64,000 nt of DNA, taken from assembly GCA_002269645.1 (NCBI GenBank), contig NIVC01002517.1, forward strand, positions 62,001-126,000, written 5' to 3'. Source of the DNA: Macrostomum lignano (lineage: Eukaryota). The notes beneath the pieces are model-generated. The model saw only the letters and a list, made by a program, of their open reading frames with translations. It was not told the DNA's origin and searched no databases. How positions within the stretch are numbered: the first letter of the stretch is position 1; the number at the start of each line of letters is the position of its first letter. Shown here in pieces: positions 63,763-64,000 of the stretch. The position numbers were made by a program, and so were the translations under genes.

Positions 63763-64000
63763 TTCCAAAGTGAGGCAATCCAAAAGGTTTCTATACTGAA
63801 TAAAATAAGGAAGCGCATGTGGCGTCATGTGTTGAATCTATAACCTTTACTTACAAAGCCTCATCCCAGCTCCTGCATGTGCTGTAAATATAAATGTAAA
63901 AATAACCAATGAAATACTTATATGAAAACGGTACTGTGCAAGCAAAAAGTGAGAAAAGTTCTCGTGTCTGTTTTACTTCGAATAAAACGCTTCAACTGTG

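Overview
Eukaryotic (animal) genomic DNA, not prokaryotic: GC-rich exons with Ala/Gln/Gly runs sit in AT-richer introns and intergenic DNA. By my rough sum, close to half the window (~30 kb) is micro/minisatellite, in about 30 different arrays. This style suggests a flatworm such as Macrostomum (inference only). Genes supported by spliced reading frames: a compact APC homolog (2 exons), a 4-EF-hand calmodulin-like protein, a secreted DUF3105/TP53I13-like protein (4 exons), a CD225/dispanin protein with a long Gly/Ser repeat, and a single-PDZ NHERF homolog (3 exons); there are also one or two unidentified spliced genes. Mobile elements: (i) a head-to-tail tandem of a 3011-bp non-autonomous Helitron2/Helentron-type element; (ii) a 6.6-kb non-autonomous Helitron that is mostly minisatellite; (iii) a 5'-truncated Penelope-like element with a GIY-YIG domain, an inverted pseudo-LTR and two minimal hammerhead ribozymes; (iv) a 5'-truncated RTE LINE; (v) probable MITEs. 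There is no CRISPR array, rRNA or true tRNA. I cannot claim a wholly new system. The best leads are rolling-circle elements acting as minisatellite carriers, an APC that seems to keep cytoskeletal but not Wnt-destruction modules, the ribozyme-bearing Penelope remnant, and two small unexplained structured or dispersed sequences.
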